In this document: one piece after another, positions 40,364 through 50,309 of the stretch | How the letters are laid out: each line of letters opens with the position of its first letter | Numbering within the stretch: the first letter of the stretch is position 1 | From: an uncultured Gemmatimonadales bacterium | GTDB taxonomy: Bacteria > Gemmatimonadota > Gemmatimonadetes > Longimicrobiales > RSA9 | DNA: 64,000 bases | NCBI GenBank assembly: GCA_963741945.1 | Contig: CAVUKA010000007.1 | Location: forward strand, 32,001 to 96,000 | Direction: 5' to 3' | The notes under the pieces: generated by a model | Seen by the model: the letters and a program-made list of their open reading frames with translations, nothing else | Told to the model about the DNA's origin: nothing | Database searches by the model: none | Program-made: the position numbers and the translations under genes

Positions 40364-40375
40364 GTGCATATGCAC
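40364..40375. promoter_or_regulatory. Perfect 12-bp palindrome upstream of DUF134
   Basis: GTGCATATGCAC, 5 nt upstream of the GGAGG RBS. Confidence 0.55.
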
Positions 40376-40592
40376 GTTACCGCTCCGCGCGGCCGCCCGC
40401 AAGGGCGCGCCGCGGGTCGCGGTGGGCGTCGGCCTTCCGCCGGCCGGGGTCCGCGCCTGATCGGAGCGCCCAACTCTGGGCGCCGCGGCGGTGTCCAAGG
40501 GTGCAGAAGTGTCGGGAATCGGACAGTCGCCGCTGCGAAAGCGGTGGGTCCCGCGGGCCCCATCATGCGACAGGTCGTTGCGCGCCAGTCGG

Positions 40593-40620
40593 TTGACGCG
40601 TTCCTTGTGATGGATATGGT
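40593..40620 (+). promoter_or_regulatory. Candidate sigma70 promoter of the TolC-MFP-ABC operon
   Basis: TTGACG-N16-TATGGT. Confidence 0.45.
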
Positions 40621-40685
40621 CGTCGTCGCCACAGTGGCTGAAAACTTCTGGGCGGTGCTGCCGTAGGGACGGGCGGGCGAGAGGG

Positions 40686-42371
40686 ATGACCGGAAACAGA
40701 ACCGAGGCACTGATGAACGGAGGCCGGGCCGCAGTCGGTGGGGGAAGCGGGCGACAGCGGGGCAGCAGCCAGCGCGGGCGAGTCGAGGGGCGCGGACGGG
40801 CGGCCGTAGCGCCGGCAAGGCGGAGGCTTGCGCTGGTGGCGGTGGTGGGGCTGGGCTGCCTGGTGCCCGCGGGGGGCGCTGTGGCGCAGGAGCCGGCGAT
40901 GCGCGGGGAGGCGGCCGTGTCGAACGGGCTGCCCACCCTGCTGTCGCTGGAGGAGGCGCTGTCGATCGCGCGGGAGAGCAACCCGACGTTCCAGGCCACG
41001 CGGAACGACGAGGGCGTCGCCAGCTGGTCGGTGCGGGAAGCCTACGGGGCGCTCCTCCCGAGGGCGTCCGTCTCCGGGGGCGTCCGCTACGAGGATGGAG
41101 GGTCGACGCTGATCGGGAGCTTCACATCGGCGGACATCGGTCTCACGTCCACTCCCGCGTACTATTTCTCGAGCTACGGCGTCGGGCTGTCGCTCAGCCT
41201 GAGCGGGCAGACCTTCTTCAACGTGGCGGAACAGCGCGCCACCCGGCGGGCGGTGGAAGCGTCGGTGGACGCGGCGGAGCTGGCGCTCGAAACGGCGGTG
41301 ACGCAGGGGTATGTGGCGGCGCTGCGCGCTCGGGACCGGGTGGAGCTCGGCGAGCAGCGGCTGTCCCGGGCGGAGGAGAACCTGACGCTGGCGCAGGCCC
41401 GGGCGGATGCGGGAGTGGGGATCGAGCTGGACGCGAAGCAGGCGCGCGTGGAGCGCGGCCGCGCCGAAGTGAACGTGCTCACCGCGAAGAGCGATGAGAA
41501 GGCGGCCAAGCTGGCGCTGCTGGAGCAGCTCGGGATCGAGGTGGACGGGGCCATCGTCCTGACCACGGAGCTCCCGGTCTTCGATCCACCCTGGTCGCTG
41601 GGCGACCTGCTCGAGCTGGCGGCGGAGATGCACCCGTCGCTGCGGTCGCTGAAGGCGACGGCGAGTGCGGAGCGGGCGGCGGCGAGAACGGCGTGGTCGT
41701 CGTATCTTCCCACGCTTTCGGCGAACGCGCAGCTTTCGGGGTACACGCGCCAGGTCGGGAGCGATGACTTCCTGCTGGCGCAGAAGGAGCAGGGGTTCCG
41801 GTCGGCGATGGAGAGCTGCCAGTCGTGGAATGATCTCTACGCCCGACTGGCGGATCCGTACCCGCCGCAGGACTGCAGCGCCTACGAGCTGACTGCGGCG
41901 CGGCGCGACTCGCTCGAGGCCTCGGTGACAACGGGCAACCGGGCGTTTCCCTTCGATTTCCAGAAGCAGCCACTGACGGTGTCCCTGCAGCTGTCGCTCC
42001 CCATCTTCACGGGCTTCAGCCGACAGCGACAGGTGGCGCAGGCGGAGGCGGAAGCGGCGGATACGGACTACCGGGTGAAAGCGGAGTCGCTGCGGCTGAA
42101 GACGGCGGTGTCGTCGGCATACGAGCGGCTGAGCACGGCGAACCAGGCGGTGCAGCTCGAAGCGGAGAACCGGACGGTGGCGGACGAGCAGCTGGAGCAG
42201 GCGAGGGAACGGTATCGCGTGGGTCTCGACTCGTTCGTGCAGCTCACGGAGGCGGAGACGCTCAAGTCGGAGGCGGACCAGGCCTACCTGGCGGCCGTCT
42301 ACAGTTTCCACGAAGCACTGGCGGACCTGGAGTCGGCGGTGGGGCAGCCGCTCCGGCGCCCATCCCGTTAG
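40686..42371 (+). CDS. TolC-family outer membrane protein
   Basis: LSLEEALSIARESNP, YLPTLS, LSLPIFTGF and ARERYRVG motifs. Start is uncertain. Confidence 0.9.
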   Translation: MTGNRTEALMNGGRAAVGGGSGRQRGSSQRGRVEGRGRAAVAPARRRLALVAVVGLGCLVPAGGAVAQEPAMRGEAAVSNGLPTLLSLEEALSIARESNPTFQATRNDEGVASWSVREAYGALLPRASVSGGVRYEDGGSTLIGSFTSADIGLTSTPAYYFSSYGVGLSLSLSGQTFFNVAEQRATRRAVEASVDAAELALETAVTQGYVAALRARDRVELGEQRLSRAEENLTLAQARADAGVGIELDAKQARVERGRAEVNVLTAKSDEKAAKLALLEQLGIEVDGAIVLTTELPVFDPPWSLGDLLELAAEMHPSLRSLKATASAERAAARTAWSSYLPTLSANAQLSGYTRQVGSDDFLLAQKEQGFRSAMESCQSWNDLYARLADPYPPQDCSAYELTAARRDSLEASVTTGNRAFPFDFQKQPLTVSLQLSLPIFTGFSRQRQVAQAEAEAADTDYRVKAESLRLKTAVSSAYERLSTANQAVQLEAENRTVADEQLEQARERYRVGLDSFVQLTEAETLKSEADQAYLAAVYSFHEALADLESAVGQPLRRPSR

Positions 42372-42389
42372 AGAGGAAGTGGATCGCGG

Positions 42390-43706
42390 ATGAGCATGGC
42401 AGCAGAGTCGCAGGATGAGGGCGGGAGCGCCGGTCCCCCCCGCCCCACGCACCGGATCTCCATGGACGTGCCTCGCCGTGATGGCGCGAAGCGTCGCAAG
42501 TGGATGTACTGGGGCGCCGGCGCGGTGGCGCTCCTGGGCGCGACCGTGGGGCTGGCGCGGCTGAAGCCGGCAGCCCCGGCAGTGGACCGGGACGTGGTGT
42601 TCACGGGCGCCGTGACGCGGGGGACGATGCTGAAGGAGGTGCGTGGCCCGGGCACACTGGTCCCGGAGCACGTGCGCTGGGTGTCGGCCGTGACCGCGGG
42701 GCGGGTGGAGCGGCGGCTGGTCGAGCCGGGCGGGATGGTGGAAGCGGGGACGGTCATCATGGAGCTGTCGAACCCGGATGTGCAGCTGCAGGCGCTGGAG
42801 GCGGACCGGCAGCTCGCGTCGGCGCAGGCGCAGCTCGTCGAGCTCGGGACCACGCTGCAGTCGGGGCGGCTGAACCAGGCCGGCATGGTGGCCCAGGTGC
42901 GGTCGCAGTATCAGCAGGCGCAGCGAACGCTCAAGTCGTACGAGGAGCTGAACGCCAAGAACCTGGTGGCGCAGAACGACCTGCAGCAGGCGCGCGACCA
43001 GGTGGCGGAGCTGGCGGAGCGCGCCCAGATCGAGCAGGAGCGGCTCGACCTGATGGAGCGAAACACCGAGCGGCAGATCGCCGTACAGAAGTCGCAGGTC
43101 GAGCGGCTGCAGCAGATCGTGGACTTTCAGCGGGATCGATTGGCGTCCATGCACGTGACGGCTGGCACGGATGGCGTGCTTCAGGAGCTGAACTTCGAGG
43201 CGGGGCAGTGGGTGCAGCCCGGCGCCACGCTGGCGAAGGTGGTGCAGCCGGGCCGGCTCAAGGCGGTGCTGCGGATCCCGGAAGTGCAGGCCAAGGACGT
43301 GACCGTGGGCCAGGCAGCGAAAATCGATATCCGGAGCGGCATCATTCAGGGGCACGTGATGCGGATCGACCCCGCCGCACAGGGCGGATCGGTGACCGTC
43401 GATGTGGCGCTGGACGTGGACGAGCTGCCCAAGGGTGCCCGACCGGACCTGAGCGTGGACGGCACCGTGGAAGTGGCCCGCCTCGATGACGTGCTCTTCA
43501 TGCCGCGGCCGCACATCGGCCAGGCGAACAGCTCCGTGGGACTGTTCAAGGTCGTGAACGGCGATGAAGCGGTGCGCGTCACCGTGCAGCTGGGCGAGAC
43601 GTCGGTGAACGAAGTGGAAGTGCGGAGCGGGCTGGAGCAGGGCGACGTCGTCATCCTGTCCGACATGTCCGCGTGGGACACGTATGACCGCGTACGACTC
43701 AAGTAG
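42390..43706 (+). CDS. HlyD/MacA-type periplasmic adaptor
   Basis: TM segment, VRGPGTLVP, long coiled coil and ARPDLSVDG. Confidence 0.9.
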   Translation: MSMAAESQDEGGSAGPPRPTHRISMDVPRRDGAKRRKWMYWGAGAVALLGATVGLARLKPAAPAVDRDVVFTGAVTRGTMLKEVRGPGTLVPEHVRWVSAVTAGRVERRLVEPGGMVEAGTVIMELSNPDVQLQALEADRQLASAQAQLVELGTTLQSGRLNQAGMVAQVRSQYQQAQRTLKSYEELNAKNLVAQNDLQQARDQVAELAERAQIEQERLDLMERNTERQIAVQKSQVERLQQIVDFQRDRLASMHVTAGTDGVLQELNFEAGQWVQPGATLAKVVQPGRLKAVLRIPEVQAKDVTVGQAAKIDIRSGIIQGHVMRIDPAAQGGSVTVDVALDVDELPKGARPDLSVDGTVEVARLDDVLFMPRPHIGQANSSVGLFKVVNGDEAVRVTVQLGETSVNEVEVRSGLEQGDVVILSDMSAWDTYDRVRLK

Positions 43707-43733
43707 ATCACCCTGGACGAGAGCGAGAGCGAG

Positions 43734-44522
43734 ATGCCCGAGACCCCGACCCCCACGTCGATCCCCGTGCCCAATGGCAATGGCGCCGCGATGCAGGCCA
43801 TGGAGCCGATGATCCGGCTGCAGAGCGTGAGCAAAGTGTTCTACACCGAGGAGGTGGAGACGCACGCGCTGGACGACGTTCAGCTCGAGATCCGTCCCGG
43901 CGAGTACGTGGCCATCGCGGGCCCCTCCGGCTGCGGGAAGACCACGCTGCTCAGCATCCTCGGGCTGCTGGACTCGCCCACGTCGGGCGAATACGTCCTC
44001 GATGCGCGGCCGGTGGCCAAGCTGACGGCGAGCCAGCGCGCGCACATCCGCAATCGCGCCATCGGCTTCATCTTCCAGGCATTCAACCTGATCGGTGACC
44101 TGAACGTGTACGAGAACGTGGAGCTTCCGCTCACGTACCGGGGCATGCCGGGGAAGGAACGGAAGGAGCGGGTGGAAAAGGCGCTGGAGCGGGTCGGCAT
44201 GGCGCACCGGGTGAAGCACTACCCGAGCCAGCTCTCGGGCGGTCAGCAGCAGCGCGTGGCCGTGGCCCGGGCCATTGTGGGCGACCCGCTCATGCTGCTG
44301 GCCGACGAGCCCACGGGGAACCTCGATTCGGCGAATGGCGAAGCCGTGATGGACCTGATGAAGGAGCTGCACGCGGGCGGCGCCACGATCGTCATGGTGA
44401 CCCATGATCCGCGCTACGCGCAGCACGCGGAGCGGGCGATCCATCTCTTCGATGGCCGGATCGTCGAGGACCTGAACCGGCGCGAAGCGCACGTGCTCGA
44501 AGAAGCCGGGTTCGAGGTCTGA
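43734..44522 (+). CDS. ABC transporter ATP-binding protein (LolD/MacB type)
   Basis: [27 protein letters not shown] and MVTHD motifs. Confidence 0.95.
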   Translation: MPETPTPTSIPVPNGNGAAMQAMEPMIRLQSVSKVFYTEEVETHALDDVQLEIRPGEYVAIAGPSGCGKTTLLSILGLLDSPTSGEYVLDARPVAKLTASQRAHIRNRAIGFIFQAFNLIGDLNVYENVELPLTYRGMPGKERKERVEKALERVGMAHRVKHYPSQLSGGQQQRVAVARAIVGDPLMLLADEPTGNLDSANGEAVMDLMKELHAGGATIVMVTHDPRYAQHAERAIHLFDGRIVEDLNRREAHVLEEAGFEV

Positions 44523-44525
44523 GCC

Positions 44526-44696
44526 GTGGCGGGCACACGCGTGCTGGCGCACCCGCTCTACGGCGTCGGGACGCTGGACGCCTGGGCGTTCGCCGCAGCG
44601 GTCGGGGTCCTGGGCACCACCGCGCTGGCCGCCACCTGGATCCCCGCCCGCCGCGCGACTGCGGTGAACCCCGTGACCGCCCTTCGTCAGGAGTGA
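44526..44696 (+). pseudogene. C-terminal stub (56 aa) of a MacB/ADOP-type ABC permease
   Basis: Manual translation: VAGTRVLAHPLYGVGTLDAWAFAAAVGVLGTTALAATWIPARRATAVNPVTALRQE, the typical permease C-terminus (LYGV..D..IPARRA..V(D/N)P..ALR.E). Confidence 0.85.
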
Positions 44697-44703
44697 GATT
44701 TCG

Positions 44704-45393
44704 ATGATCGAGCTGAGGCACCTGGAGCGCTGTTTCGCGTCCAAGGCCGGACGGACCTATGTCCTGCGCAACGTCGACCTGGAGATCCGGGAAGGCGAGT
44801 TCGTCACGGTCATGGGGCCATCGGGCGCCGGCAAGACGACGCTGCTCAGCATCCTGGGCATGCTGGATCACGGCTGGACGGGTGAGTACAGGCTGCTCGG
44901 CCATGCCGTTCACGACCTGAAGCCCCGTGAGCGCATGGAGCTGAACAAGGCGCACGTCGGCTTCGTCTTCCAGCAGTACCACCTGATCGATGATCTGACA
45001 GTGGAAGAGAACCTGGAGATCCCGCTCAGCTATCGGAACGTCAAGCGGCGCGAGCGACAGGCGCTCGTGGCGGACACGCTGGATCGCTTCAATATCGTCG
45101 GAAAGAAGGACCTGTTCCCCAGTCAGCTGTCCGGCGGACAGCAGCAGCTCGTGGGCGTGGCCCGCGCCATCATCGCGAGCCCCCGGCTGATCCTCGCGGA
45201 CGAGCCGACGGGCAACCTGCACACCCGTCAGGGTCACGAGATCATGGAGCTCTTCACGCGTCTCAACCGTGAAGGCACCACCATCATCCAGGTCACGCAC
45301 TCCGAGGAGATGTCAGCCTACGGCGGTCGGGTGATCCAGCTGTTGGACGGGTGGGTGGTCGGCGAGGAGAAACCGGTGACGGCGAGCGGGTAA
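44704..45393 (+). CDS. ABC transporter ATP-binding protein (LolD/MacB type)
   Basis: [26 protein letters not shown] and QVTHS motifs. Confidence 0.95.
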   Translation: MIELRHLERCFASKAGRTYVLRNVDLEIREGEFVTVMGPSGAGKTTLLSILGMLDHGWTGEYRLLGHAVHDLKPRERMELNKAHVGFVFQQYHLIDDLTVEENLEIPLSYRNVKRRERQALVADTLDRFNIVGKKDLFPSQLSGGQQQLVGVARAIIASPRLILADEPTGNLHTRQGHEIMELFTRLNREGTTIIQVTHSEEMSAYGGRVIQLLDGWVVGEEKPVTASG

Positions 45394-45532
45394 CGGGACG
45401 CGACCGGAGCACCGGCCGCGGCTGCGGAGCCGTGCGGGTGCGCCCTGCGCTCGCAGCGCAGGACGCCCGCAGTGTGGGCCTTCCGGATCGGGCGCTTGGG
45501 CAGCCGGGCCGGAGGGCACTACATTGCCGGGC

Positions 45533-45922
45533 ATGGCAGCGAAACTCAGTCCCCGCGCTCGAGCCAGGCTGGCGGGCCTCAGGCCGCTCACGGAGCTGGT
45601 GCAGTCCGCGTACTCGCAGGTGGAGCGCTACGCGGCCACGCGCGACCCACGCCATGCCGAGATGATGGCTCAGCCGCTCAAGCGAACGTTCGGGCGTCTC
45701 AAGCTCGAGCTCATGGGCGCCGGCCACGATGGCATGTCGCAGCTCGCCGCCGCCATGGAGATCGCGGCCGGTCGCAACGGGGCGCAGCGCCGGAAGACGC
45801 ACATCCTGCGGGAAGGCGTGGGCTCGCTGCGCTTCCAGCTCGAGATGGAAGAGCGCAGGATCATCTCCGAAGACGAGGCGGCGCAGGAGAAGCTGGACGC
45901 GTCCGCGGACGACGACCGCTGA
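45533..45922 (+). CDS. Hypothetical helical protein
   Basis: 129-aa ORF with protein-like composition; GGAGG upstream. Confidence 0.7.
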   Translation: MAAKLSPRARARLAGLRPLTELVQSAYSQVERYAATRDPRHAEMMAQPLKRTFGRLKLELMGAGHDGMSQLAAAMEIAAGRNGAQRRKTHILREGVGSLRFQLEMEERRIISEDEAAQEKLDASADDDR

Positions 45923-45941
45923 GCGCACCGGATCCGGAACC

Positions 45942-47006
45942 ATGCCGCGGCGTCGCTCCCTCCCCGTTGAAGGCCTGATCCGGCAGATCCGGAGTGGCCT
46001 CTCGGAGCCGGTCCGACAGCTGCAGCTGTCGCTCCTGCTCCTCCTGGGCCTCGTCCTGGTGGGCGTCATCGGCTTCATGGCGCTCGAGGGCTACAGCCTC
46101 ATCGATGCCCTGTACATGACGGTGATCACGCTGGCCACCGTGGGCTTCCAGGAAGTCCGCCCCCTGGACCCGGCCGGCCGCCTGTTCACCACTTTCCTCG
46201 TCATCGTGGGCGTCGGCACGGCCGCCTGGGCCATCAGCAACGCCGCGGAGGTGATGCTCGGTCAGACATTCTGGAAATCCGTCCAGCGCAGAAGGAACAG
46301 GGAAATGGTCGAGGATCTCAGGGACCACCACATCGTATGCGGGTACGGGCGGCTGGGCCGCCAGATCATCCGTGACCTGAACGCCCGGGGCGAGCCGTCC
46401 ATCGTCATCGACTGGAACGCCGACCTGGAAGACGAGCTGTTCGAGGCTCACCTGCCGCACATCATCGCGGACGCCTCCAACGAGGAGGTCCTGCTGGAGG
46501 CCGGCATCGAGCGAGCGCGGGGCATGGTGGCGGCGCTGGACGATGATGCGCAGAACGTGCTGACGGTCCTCACGGCCCGGGAGCTGAACCCGCACCTCCT
46601 CATCATCGCCCGCGCGGGCACGGAGAGCCTCGAGAGCAAGCTGCTCCGCGCGGGCGCCGATCGCGTGGTCACTCCCTCCTCCATCGGCGGCCATCGCCTG
46701 GCCCTGGCGCTGCTCCGCCCGGCCGTGCACGACTTCTTCGGCCGCATCTTCACGCTCGGCGCGGAGCCGGACGTGGACGTGGGGCAGATCACGGTCCCGG
46801 AACACTCTCCGTTCGCCGGTCAGACGATCGCGGGGTGCGACCTCCGCCGCGTGCGCAACATCTCGATCCTCGCCATCCGCACGCCCGATGGCGCCTTCGA
46901 CCTGAACCCAGGCGCGGGCCGGACGATCAGTCCGGGGGAAACGCTCATCTTCATCGGCCCGGCCGGATCGGTCTACGACCTGGAGGCGATGTACTCGGAG
47001 GGCTGA
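45942..47006 (+). CDS. 2-TM potassium channel with RCK (TrkA-N/TrkA-C) domains
   Basis: DALYMTVITLATVGFQE pore region, HHIVCGYGRLG and AGADRVV. Confidence 0.9.
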   Translation: MPRRRSLPVEGLIRQIRSGLSEPVRQLQLSLLLLLGLVLVGVIGFMALEGYSLIDALYMTVITLATVGFQEVRPLDPAGRLFTTFLVIVGVGTAAWAISNAAEVMLGQTFWKSVQRRRNREMVEDLRDHHIVCGYGRLGRQIIRDLNARGEPSIVIDWNADLEDELFEAHLPHIIADASNEEVLLEAGIERARGMVAALDDDAQNVLTVLTARELNPHLLIIARAGTESLESKLLRAGADRVVTPSSIGGHRLALALLRPAVHDFFGRIFTLGAEPDVDVGQITVPEHSPFAGQTIAGCDLRRVRNISILAIRTPDGAFDLNPGAGRTISPGETLIFIGPAGSVYDLEAMYSEG

Positions 47007-47066
47007 GCCACGGCTTCGCTGCCGCCGGGCTTCTGCGGGCCCGTGGACCCGCCGCGGCCGTCGGGG

Positions 47067-49622
47067 TCAGCGGAGCGCGGCCGCGCGGAACAGCGGGTCG
47101 GCTTCCTGGAGGACCTTGCCGAGCAGGCGCGGCGGGAGGTCGGGGCGGCGTTCCACGAACTCCTCCACGATCGCCGCCGCTGCGGGCGAGCGGTGCCCAC
47201 CCAGCGTGGCCCCGAGCCAGCGACCCGGGAAGAAGATGTCGCCCGTGTCGTGGATCTCCTCCAGCAGATCGAGACCGGGCCGGATGTACTTGCGGGCGTA
47301 CTGCGCCCGCAGCGGGTGGTGGAGGTAGCGCAACGCCGTGACCACCCACTCCTCGTGGGTTCGGTTGGCCGGATCGGCCAGGGAGCGGAAGAAGCTGTCG
47401 CGCACGGCGGTGTCCGCCGACACGGCGGGGAGGAGAAAGTCGAAGCGCGCGCGCCGGTCAGGGTTGTCGATGTCGTCGCGCTGGCGGCGGAGGACTTCCG
47501 CCCAGCCGGGGGCTTCACGCACCGCGAGCGCCAGGGCGAGGTCGGTGCGGTCGCGCTCGGAGAGCGGAAGGCCAGGAATGCTGTCATCGCCGCTCCAGAG
47601 GGCGCGCATCCGGGTCACGGCCCCGGTCGAAAGGGCGATGGAGCGCCACGCGTCCAGGTACGCCCCCCTGGCCGACGATGACGCGGCCTGTCCGATGCGG
47701 GACCACAGCACCGGCTCGAGCCGGGCGGCGAGCGAGCGACGGCCGGCCTCGCCCGTGTAGCGCCAGAACAGGGTCTCGAGACCGCTCAGCGCCGCCTCCG
47801 CCACCAGCTCATCCTGGTCGGGCGCCGAGAGCCGGACGGCGAGGTCCAGCATGGCGCCGGGCGGGACCTGTCCCTCCAGCATCATCTCCCACAGATCGAT
47901 CCAGCCGGCCGCCCGCGCCACCGGATCCGGCATCTCCGGGAGACGCCCGAGCAGCGCGGCCACGGTGGCGGAATCCAGGAGGAAGAGGCCGTAGCCCATG
48001 CCGTATCCGTTCGGGAGCAGGGCCGGGAGCGACGGGATGGAAGCGTCCGGCAGGTCGACGGTGGCCTCGTCGCCCGAAAGGGTGACGGTCCGATCGGACC
48101 ACGCCCCCGACTCGAGCGCCCGGACCGTGGTGCGCTGGGGCCAGACCAGTCCCCTGCCCCGCACGTCGAGCTGGAGCAGCGCGACGGAGTCGGTGCCACG
48201 CTCGACGGCGATGGTGGGACGTCCGGGCTCATCGATCCAGACCCGGCTCCACGCGGCCACATCCATGGGCGTGACGCGGTCGAGGTCGGCCACCAGGTCA
48301 CTCCAGCTTGCATTCCCGTACTGGTGCGCGGCCAGGTACTGCCGGAGCGCGGTGCGGAAGGCGCCTTCCCCCGTGAGGCTCTCGAGCTGCCGCATCACGA
48401 TGGGCGCCTTCTCGTAAATGATGTTGCCGTACAGCGACCCCGCGTCGTCCAGGTTTTCCAGCTCCTGCCGGATGGCGTTGGTGCCCGCAGTCCGGTCCAC
48501 GGCGTACGCGGCCGGGTAGTGCGCCAGGAGGAAGCGGAGCTCGTGGTTCACATCCGGGAAGGACGGGTTCACGATCTTCGCCGCCATGAAGTTGGCGAAG
48601 ACCTCCTTCATCCACACGTCGTCGAACCAGCGCATCGTGACCAGGTCGCCGAACCACATGTGCGCGGTCTCGTGGGCGATGGTGTTCGCCCGGCCCAGCT
48701 CCTGGTTGCGCGTGGCCGACTCGTCCAGGAACAGCGTGGACGCGCGGTAGAGGATGGCGCCCGGGTGCTCCATCCCGCTGTACTGGAAGGAGGGGATCGC
48801 CACGAAGTCGAACTTCCCGAACGGGTACGGGATCCCCGTGTACGCCTCCAGCCACTTCAGGGCCGCCGCGTGCAGGTCGAACAGCGCGTCCACGTTCCGG
48901 GCCACCTTCGCCGCGTCGGTCTCCCGGTGGAACAGGCGAATACGGCGCCCGTCGCGCACCGCTTCCTCTACCCGGAATCGACCCGCCGCGAAGGCGAACA
49001 GGTAGGTCGGCAACGGCCGGGTTTCGGCGAACCGGTAGCGGGCGACGCCGCCCACCACCGTGACCGCCTCGGGCTCTCCGTTCGCCACCGCCTTCCACTC
49101 CGCGGGCACATCCAGCGTGAGCCGGAGCGGCGCTTTCAGGTCCGGCTGATCGAAGCAGGGAAACGCCTCGTGGGCACGATCCGGGACGAACAGCGTATAA
49201 AGGAAGTCGTCGCGCCGGTTCAGCGGACCGTTCCCGGCCACGAAATCCACCTGAACTTCGTTCTCCCCCTTGATCAGCGGACCGGCGGGAATGATGATGT
49301 GTCCGTTCTCGAGCCCCGCATGGATCCCGGAATGCCCGACGCGGACCGCCCGGACACCGTCCGTATTGGCGAAATCGAGGACAACGGGTGCCCGCTCCGC
49401 CAGCCGGAACCGGACCACGACCCGCCCCTCCACCGCCGAATCCCGCGCGGCGGGAACGCGCAGCTCCAGCGCGTAGCGGACGTCGGAGATCGAGGCGGCA
49501 CGGTGCGCCGCCAGCTCCCGGGAGATGCCGGGCGCCGTCAGGGGATCGCGAGGGAGCCCGGTGGCCATGGAAGCGACCAGGAATACGAGCGCCAGCAGGG
49601 GCGCATGCACGAAGATCGGCAT
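47067..49622 (-). CDS. M1-family aminopeptidase (aminopeptidase N-like, probably exported)
   Basis: FPCFDQPDLKA, GMEHPG, HETAHMWFGD..KE (HExxH-x18-E) and YEKA motifs. Confidence 0.93.
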   Translation of the reverse strand: MPIFVHAPLLALVFLVASMATGLPRDPLTAPGISRELAAHRAASISDVRYALELRVPAARDSAVEGRVVVRFRLAERAPVVLDFANTDGVRAVRVGHSGIHAGLENGHIIIPAGPLIKGENEVQVDFVAGNGPLNRRDDFLYTLFVPDRAHEAFPCFDQPDLKAPLRLTLDVPAEWKAVANGEPEAVTVVGGVARYRFAETRPLPTYLFAFAAGRFRVEEAVRDGRRIRLFHRETDAAKVARNVDALFDLHAAALKWLEAYTGIPYPFGKFDFVAIPSFQYSGMEHPGAILYRASTLFLDESATRNQELGRANTIAHETAHMWFGDLVTMRWFDDVWMKEVFANFMAAKIVNPSFPDVNHELRFLLAHYPAAYAVDRTAGTNAIRQELENLDDAGSLYGNIIYEKAPIVMRQLESLTGEGAFRTALRQYLAAHQYGNASWSDLVADLDRVTPMDVAAWSRVWIDEPGRPTIAVERGTDSVALLQLDVRGRGLVWPQRTTVRALESGAWSDRTVTLSGDEATVDLPDASIPSLPALLPNGYGMGYGLFLLDSATVAALLGRLPEMPDPVARAAGWIDLWEMMLEGQVPPGAMLDLAVRLSAPDQDELVAEAALSGLETLFWRYTGEAGRRSLAARLEPVLWSRIGQAASSSARGAYLDAWRSIALSTGAVTRMRALWSGDDSIPGLPLSERDRTDLALALAVREAPGWAEVLRRQRDDIDNPDRRARFDFLLPAVSADTAVRDSFFRSLADPANRTHEEWVVTALRYLHHPLRAQYARKYIRPGLDLLEEIHDTGDIFFPGRWLGATLGGHRSPAAAAIVEEFVERRPDLPPRLLGKVLQEADPLFRAAALR

Positions 49623-49757
49623 GGATACGTTGGCGGAATCTGGACCGCTCGGTGCGGGCGGCGCAACCTCCGGAACGGAGAGGCGGGAAGTTGTCTGTAA
49701 GGATTTTCTCTCCAGCGGCATCTACTGGATGAACCCGGAGCCGGGCGTGGATCGAGC

Positions 49758-50309
49758 ATGGACGGCGAGACCGTGAGCTCGCCGGAGCCGCAGGAAGCGG
49801 TGCTGGTCGGCCGGGCGCGCGCGGGCGAGCACGCGGCGCTGACGGCGCTGTACCACCGGTACGGTCCACAGGTCTACAGTGTCGCGCTCCGGATCACCGC
49901 ATCGGCGGACGACGCCAAGGACGTGGTACAGGACGTGTTCGTGGGCTTGCCGGAAGCGCTTCGGAGCTACAACGGGACGGGCTCGCTGGGGGCCTGGCTG
50001 CGGCGCGTGGGCGCCCGCACCGCACTGGCGTACCAGCGAAGCGAGCGGCGCAGGGGGCGCTGGCATCGGGAAGCGGCGGAGGGGAGGGTCGAGGCGTCGC
50101 CCCCGCCTTCGCCGGAAGCGAAGCTGACGCTGGAGCGCGTACTGGCAGAGATGCCGGACGACCTGCGCACCGTCTTCGTCCTGAAGGAAATGGAAGGCTA
50201 CTCGCACCAGGATGTGGCGGGGCTGCTGGGGATCTCGGAAAGCGCGTCGCAGGTTCGCCTGCACCGCGCGCGTCGCTTCCTGAAAGAGCGGCTCGGGGGG
50301 AAGCTATGA
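49758..50309 (+). CDS. ECF RNA polymerase sigma factor
   Basis: Region 2 DAKDVVQDVF..WL and region 4 EGYSHQDVAGLLGISESASQVRLHRAR. Confidence 0.92.
   Translation: MDGETVSSPEPQEAVLVGRARAGEHAALTALYHRYGPQVYSVALRITASADDAKDVVQDVFVGLPEALRSYNGTGSLGAWLRRVGARTALAYQRSERRRGRWHREAAEGRVEASPPPSPEAKLTLERVLAEMPDDLRTVFVLKEMEGYSHQDVAGLLGISESASQVRLHRARRFLKERLGGKL

Noticed and set aside
40563-44744. 1393-aa minus-strand ORF, and similar long ORFs at 19497-22463, 34717-37215, 60594-62732, 59014-60795 and 11722-13539
   Set aside because: They are antisense shadows of well-supported genes. High GC3 removes stop codons on the opposite strand, and the translations have no recognisable motifs.
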